From Gammaproteobacteria bacterium (GTDB lineage: Bacteria; Pseudomonadota; Gammaproteobacteria; Steroidobacterales; Rariloculaceae): DNA of 64,000 nucleotides. The translations under genes and the position numbers were made by a program. The notes below the pieces were generated by a model that saw only the letters and a program-made list of their open reading frames with translations, searched no databases and was not told the DNA's origin. The DNA is taken from NCBI GenBank assembly GCA_036555065.1, contig DATBLZ010000028.1, forward strand, positions 146 to 64,145. The letters are read 5' to 3'. Each line of letters opens with the position of its first letter. Within the stretch, counting starts at the first letter, position 1. Positions 60,348 through 64,000 of the stretch are shown here, piece after piece.

Positions 60348-63300
60348 GGGGAACCGAAACCGCCGCCGCCGGGCGTCTCGACGACGAACCGGTCGCCGGG
60401 CGCGAACATCATCTCGGCCGTCGCGGGAACTTCCTCGGTCCGTCCCGAGGCGCGCACGATGGTGTTCCGCCCCGGTGCGCCGGGGCCGCCGCCGTCGAGT
60501 CCGAACGGCAGCGTCCGCCGTCGATTCGAAAGAATGCTGCCCTGCATCGGCACCAAGAACTCGATCTCGCGCACGGCGCCGTCGCCGCCGCGAAAGCGCC
60601 CACTGCCGCCCGTTCCGGATCGGATCGCGAAGCGCCGCACGCGCACGGGGAAGCGCCGCTCGAGTACCTCGACGTCGGTGAGCCGTGAGTTCGTCATATG
60701 CGAGTGCACGGCGCTCGCACCGTCGAAGCCGGGACCCGCGCCGCAGCCCCCACAGATCGTTTCGTAGTATTGGTGCTCGGCGTTGCCGAACGTCAGGTTG
60801 TTCATCGTGCCTTGCGAAGCGGCGCACGCGCCGAGCGCCGCGAGCAACGCGTCGGTGATGCACTGCGAGGTTTCGACGTTGCCGGCGGCGACGGCCGCGG
60901 GGTGGCGAGGATTCACGAGGCTCGCCGGCGGCAGCATGAGCTCCAACGGCCGCAGGCATCCGGCGTTGAGTGGGATGTCCTCCGCGACGAGCGTGCGGAA
61001 CACGTAGAGCACGGCCGCACGCGCGATCGCGCCAGGCGCGTTGAAGTTGCCGGCGCTCATCGCACTCGTGCCCGTGAAGTCGATCGTCGCGCGGCGGCGC
61101 TCCTTATCTATGCGCACGGCTACGCTCAAGCGCTCGCCGCCGTCGAGCTCGAGCGTCCAGGCGCCCGAGTGCAAGCGCTGCAAGGCGCGCTCGACGCATT
61201 CTTGCGCATTGTCCTGCGCGTGCCGCATGTAGGCATGCACGACGTCGAGGCCGAAGCGTGCAGCCATCGCGCGAAGCTCTGCGACGCCCTTCGCATTCGC
61301 CGCGAGCTGCGCTTTGAGGTCTGCGACGTTTTGGTCGGGGTTGCGCGCCGGGTACGGGCCCCGAGTGAGCGCGGCGCGGACCTCGCGCTCGAGGAAGACG
61401 CCGCCCCGCACGATCGGCATCGGCTCGAGCAGCGCACCCTCGTCGTCGATGTGCGTAGACAGCGCCGGCATCGAGCCCGGCACGCGGCCGCCGATGTCGG
61501 CGTGATGCGCGCGGCTTGCGACGAGGAAATCCGGCTTGGCGGCGGTGCCGGTGAAAACCGGCGTCACGACCGTGATGTCGGGCAAATGCGTGCCGCCGTT
61601 GTAGGGCGCATTGAGCACGAAGGCGTCGCCGGCGCCCATTTTGGGGAAAGCCTCGAGCACGCTGCGCACGCTGTCGCCCATCGAGCCCAAGTGCACGGGC
61701 AGATGCGGCGCGTTCGCGATGAGATCACCGGCCGCGTCGAATGCAGCGCACGAGTAATCCAAACGCTCCTTGATGTTGACCGAGTGCGCCGTTTGCTCGA
61801 GCACGGCGCCCATTTGCTCAGCTGCATACATGAACCGATTGTTGAAGACCTCGAGCATGATCGGGTCGCGGCGCGTTGCGACGGTCTCGCGCTCGGTGCG
61901 TGCGCGCGTGCGGGCCAGCACGAGCGCGCCGCGCGCATCGACGGTCGCGCGCCACTCGGGCTCGACGACCGTCGTTGCGTTCTCCTCGACGATGATCGCG
62001 GGACCTTCGACGAGGTCGCCGGCATAGAGCGTCGTGCGCGCATAGATCGGCACGGTCTGCGAGCGCCCGGCAAACCACGCTTCGCGATGCGCGACCGGTT
62101 GCGCCGGCTGGACGGTCTTGCGGAGCTTCGCCCGCTGGGGGCGCTCGAGCCGTGCGACGGCCTCGACTTCGAGCGATTCGACAATGAGCTTCGCGCCGTC
62201 GGCCCCGAACCCGAACATCTGCTCGTGGCGCTCGGCAAAGCGTGCGCCGAGCTCCGCGGCACGCATCGACGGCGCAAACGCCACGGAAATTGAGGCGTCG
62301 CTGCCGGCGACGCAGATCTGCGCTCGGAGCTCGAATCCGACCTGCGCTGACGTCCCGGACTGCAAGCGCACCTCCGGCTCGAGCGTTTCGGTCGTTTGCG
62401 CCGCGAGGCGTGTGAGCGCAGCGACGCAGGCATCGTCGAGCGGCTTGTGCACGGGACAGGTGCGAATCGCGCGCACGTCCGCCATGCCGATGCCGTAGGC
62501 GGAGAGCACGCCCGCAAGCGGGTCGATGACGACGCGATCCATGCCGAGCGCGTCGGCAACCATGCACGCGTGCTGACCGCCGGCGCCCCCGAAGCACGCG
62601 AGCACGAATTGCCGGAGATCATGGCCGCGCTGCACCGAGATCCGCTTGATCGCATCGGCCATGCGCTCGACGGCGATCCGCAAGCACCCCGCGGCGAGCT
62701 CAGCGGCCGGGCGCGCGTCGCCTGCGGTCGCAACCTCGGCAGCGAGCTTCGTAAAACCCGCCACGACGGCCTCGCGGTCGATCGGCGCGTCGCCGTTCGG
62801 CCCAAATACGCGCGGAAAGTAATCGGGCTGCACGCGCCCGAGCAGCACGTTCGCGTCCGTGACCGTCAACGGCCCGCCGTTCCGGTAGCAGGCCGGACCC
62901 GGCTGCGCGCCGGCCGACTCTGGGCCGACCTGGAGCCGCCCGCCCGCAAACTTGAGAATCGATCCGCCGCCCGCCGCAACGGTGTTGATGCGCAGCATCG
63001 GCGCGACGAGGCGCACTCCGCCGATGATCGCCGAGGACGCGCGCTCGAACCCGTCCGCATGAACGCTCACGTCGGTCGACGTGCCGCCCATATCGAAGCC
63101 CACGACGTGCTCGAATCCGCTCGCGCGCGCGGTGTCCGCCATGCCGACGACGCCGCCCGCGGGACCCGAGAAGATGCTGTCGCGGCCGCGAAGCGCGCTT
63201 GCATCGACGAGGCCGCCGTGACTCTGCATGAACATGAGGCCCTGTTGCCCGAGCACGTCGGCGAGACCGGCACGTACGCGCGCGACGTATTGTTGAAGAA

Positions 63301-63952
63301 TCGGCGTCAGGTACGCGTCGGAGACCGTCGTATCGCCACGCTCCACGAGCTTGATCGTCGGGCTCACCTCATGCGACACGGAGACGTGTGCAAACCCCGC
63401 GCGCGCGGCGCACTGCGCAGCACGCCGCTCGTGGTCCGAAAATCGATCCCCGTGCAAGAACGCGATCGCCGCGCTCGTGAAGCCGTCGCGGCGCGCGAGT
63501 CGCAGCTCCTCCTCGAGCCGCGCCTCGTCGAGCGCGAGCAGAGTCGCGCCGTCAGCGGCGATGCGCTCGCGGGCTTCGACGACGCGGCCGTAGAGCAAGT
63601 CCGGAAGGCGGATATGCAACGCGAAGATCTCGGGGCGTTGCTGCGTGCCGATGCGCAGGACATCGCCGAAACCGGCCGTCGTAACGAGCACGGTGCGCGT
63701 GCCTTTGCGCTCGAGCAGTGCGTTCGTCGCGAGCGTCGTGCCGATCTTAACGGCCGCCACACGCCGATCGGCCGGCGAATGTCGCTCGAGAAACATCTGT
63801 ATTCCCGCGAGCGCCGCGTCGGCGTAGCGGCCGGGGTTCTCGGAAAGGAGCTTCTTGGTGTGAATACCGCCGTCGGGCGCGAGCGCGACGATGTCTGTGA
63901 ACGTCCCGCCGCGGTCGATCCAGAATTGCCAACCCGTCGACTCCGATTGCAT
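60344..63952 (-). CDS. 5-oxoprolinase (ATP-hydrolysing), fused hydantoinase A/B
   Basis: 1202-aa protein; WIDRGGTFTDIVA N-terminus, hydantoinase A and B halves in one ORF. Confidence 0.9.
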   Translation of the reverse strand: MQSESTGWQFWIDRGGTFTDIVALAPDGGIHTKKLLSENPGRYADAALAGIQMFLERHSPADRRVAAVKIGTTLATNALLERKGTRTVLVTTAGFGDVLRIGTQQRPEIFALHIRLPDLLYGRVVEARERIAADGATLLALDEARLEEELRLARRDGFTSAAIAFLHGDRFSDHERRAAQCAARAGFAHVSVSHEVSPTIKLVERGDTTVSDAYLTPILQQYVARVRAGLADVLGQQGLMFMQSHGGLVDASALRGRDSIFSGPAGGVVGMADTARASGFEHVVGFDMGGTSTDVSVHADGFERASSAIIGGVRLVAPMLRINTVAAGGGSILKFAGGRLQVGPESAGAQPGPACYRNGGPLTVTDANVLLGRVQPDYFPRVFGPNGDAPIDREAVVAGFTKLAAEVATAGDARPAAELAAGCLRIAVERMADAIKRISVQRGHDLRQFVLACFGGAGGQHACMVADALGMDRVVIDPLAGVLSAYGIGMADVRAIRTCPVHKPLDDACVAALTRLAAQTTETLEPEVRLQSGTSAQVGFELRAQICVAGSDASISVAFAPSMRAAELGARFAERHEQMFGFGADGAKLIVESLEVEAVARLERPQRAKLRKTVQPAQPVAHREAWFAGRSQTVPIYARTTLYAGDLVEGPAIIVEENATTVVEPEWRATVDARGALVLARTRARTERETVATRRDPIMLEVFNNRFMYAAEQMGAVLEQTAHSVNIKERLDYSCAAFDAAGDLIANAPHLPVHLGSMGDSVRSVLEAFPKMGAGDAFVLNAPYNGGTHLPDITVVTPVFTGTAAKPDFLVASRAHHADIGGRVPGSMPALSTHIDDEGALLEPMPIVRGGVFLEREVRAALTRGPYPARNPDQNVADLKAQLAANAKGVAELRAMAARFGLDVVHAYMRHAQDNAQECVERALQRLHSGAWTLELDGGERLSVAVRIDKERRRATIDFTGTSAMSAGNFNAPGAIARAAVLYVFRTLVAEDIPLNAGCLRPLELMLPPASLVNPRHPAAVAAGNVETSQCITDALLAALGACAASQGTMNNLTFGNAEHQYYETICGGCGAGPGFDGASAVHSHMTNSRLTDVEVLERRFPVRVRRFAIRSGTGGSGRFRGGDGAVREIEFLVPMQGSILSNRRRTLPFGLDGGGPGAPGRNTIVRASGRTEEVPATAEMMFAPGDRFVVETPGGGGFGSP

Positions 63953-64000
63953 TCGGCAAGTGTAGCCAGGTTGGGCTATGCTCGCGCCGTGATGCTGGAG

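Noticed and set aside
1-64000. Search for tRNA, rRNA, tmRNA, integrase, transposase, phage or conjugation genes marking a mobile island
   Set aside because: I found no cloverleaf-like or rRNA-like stretch in the short intergenic regions, and no recombinase or transposase motifs in any frame. The accessory-looking blocks have the same GC richness as the housekeeping genes. There is no sequence-level evidence for a recently acquired island.

Overview
High-GC window (roughly two-thirds G+C by eye, not computed), densely coded, from a Gram-negative bacterium. PagP, DsbA and Tat/Sec periplasmic proteins fit a proteobacterium; ADOP permeases and a DUF1592/DUF1552 pair are also present. The taxon is only a weak inference. 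I support 63 protein-coding genes. I found no rRNA, tRNA, CRISPR, integrase, transposase or phage genes. Housekeeping and detoxification genes include pirin, yqjG, GSTs, ndh, purN, def, mmuM, dsbA, beta-carbonic anhydrase, amidase and 5-oxoprolinase. They are mixed with three type II toxin-antitoxin modules (hipBA and two vapBC-like pairs) and several accessory-looking blocks. (1) 19.2-25.8 kb: a minus-strand operon with four ATGA start/stop overlaps, encoding GlcG, an NMT1/THI5-like protein, DoxX, two amidohydrolases, a VOC dioxygenase and an MFS transporter. (2) 25.9-27.3 kb: an orphan Tat-Rieske protein with a small membrane partner and DsbA. (3) Two PQQ methanol/ethanol-family dehydrogenases, both with the D-x-D signature linked to lanthanide use. 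One sits beside a divergent periplasmic EF-hand protein and a coupled SoxH-like metallo-beta-lactamase (MBL). The other sits beside a dihaem DUF1592 / DUF1552 / MBL / lipoprotein / periplasmic-ankyrin operon. (4) Two ATPase-less ADOP (MacB/FtsX-type) permeases, one with PadR. (5) An ECF sigma/anti-sigma pair next to three secreted proteins of unknown function, two of which are paralogues predicted to mature with an N-terminal His-His. A 22-nt REP-like palindrome (GTGGGAGCGGCTTCAGCCGCGA) occurs at 8 or more loci, mostly intergenic. Many long antisense ORFs in the track are GC-driven shadow ORFs and were rejected. All functional calls rest on motifs read from the translations; no database search was run.
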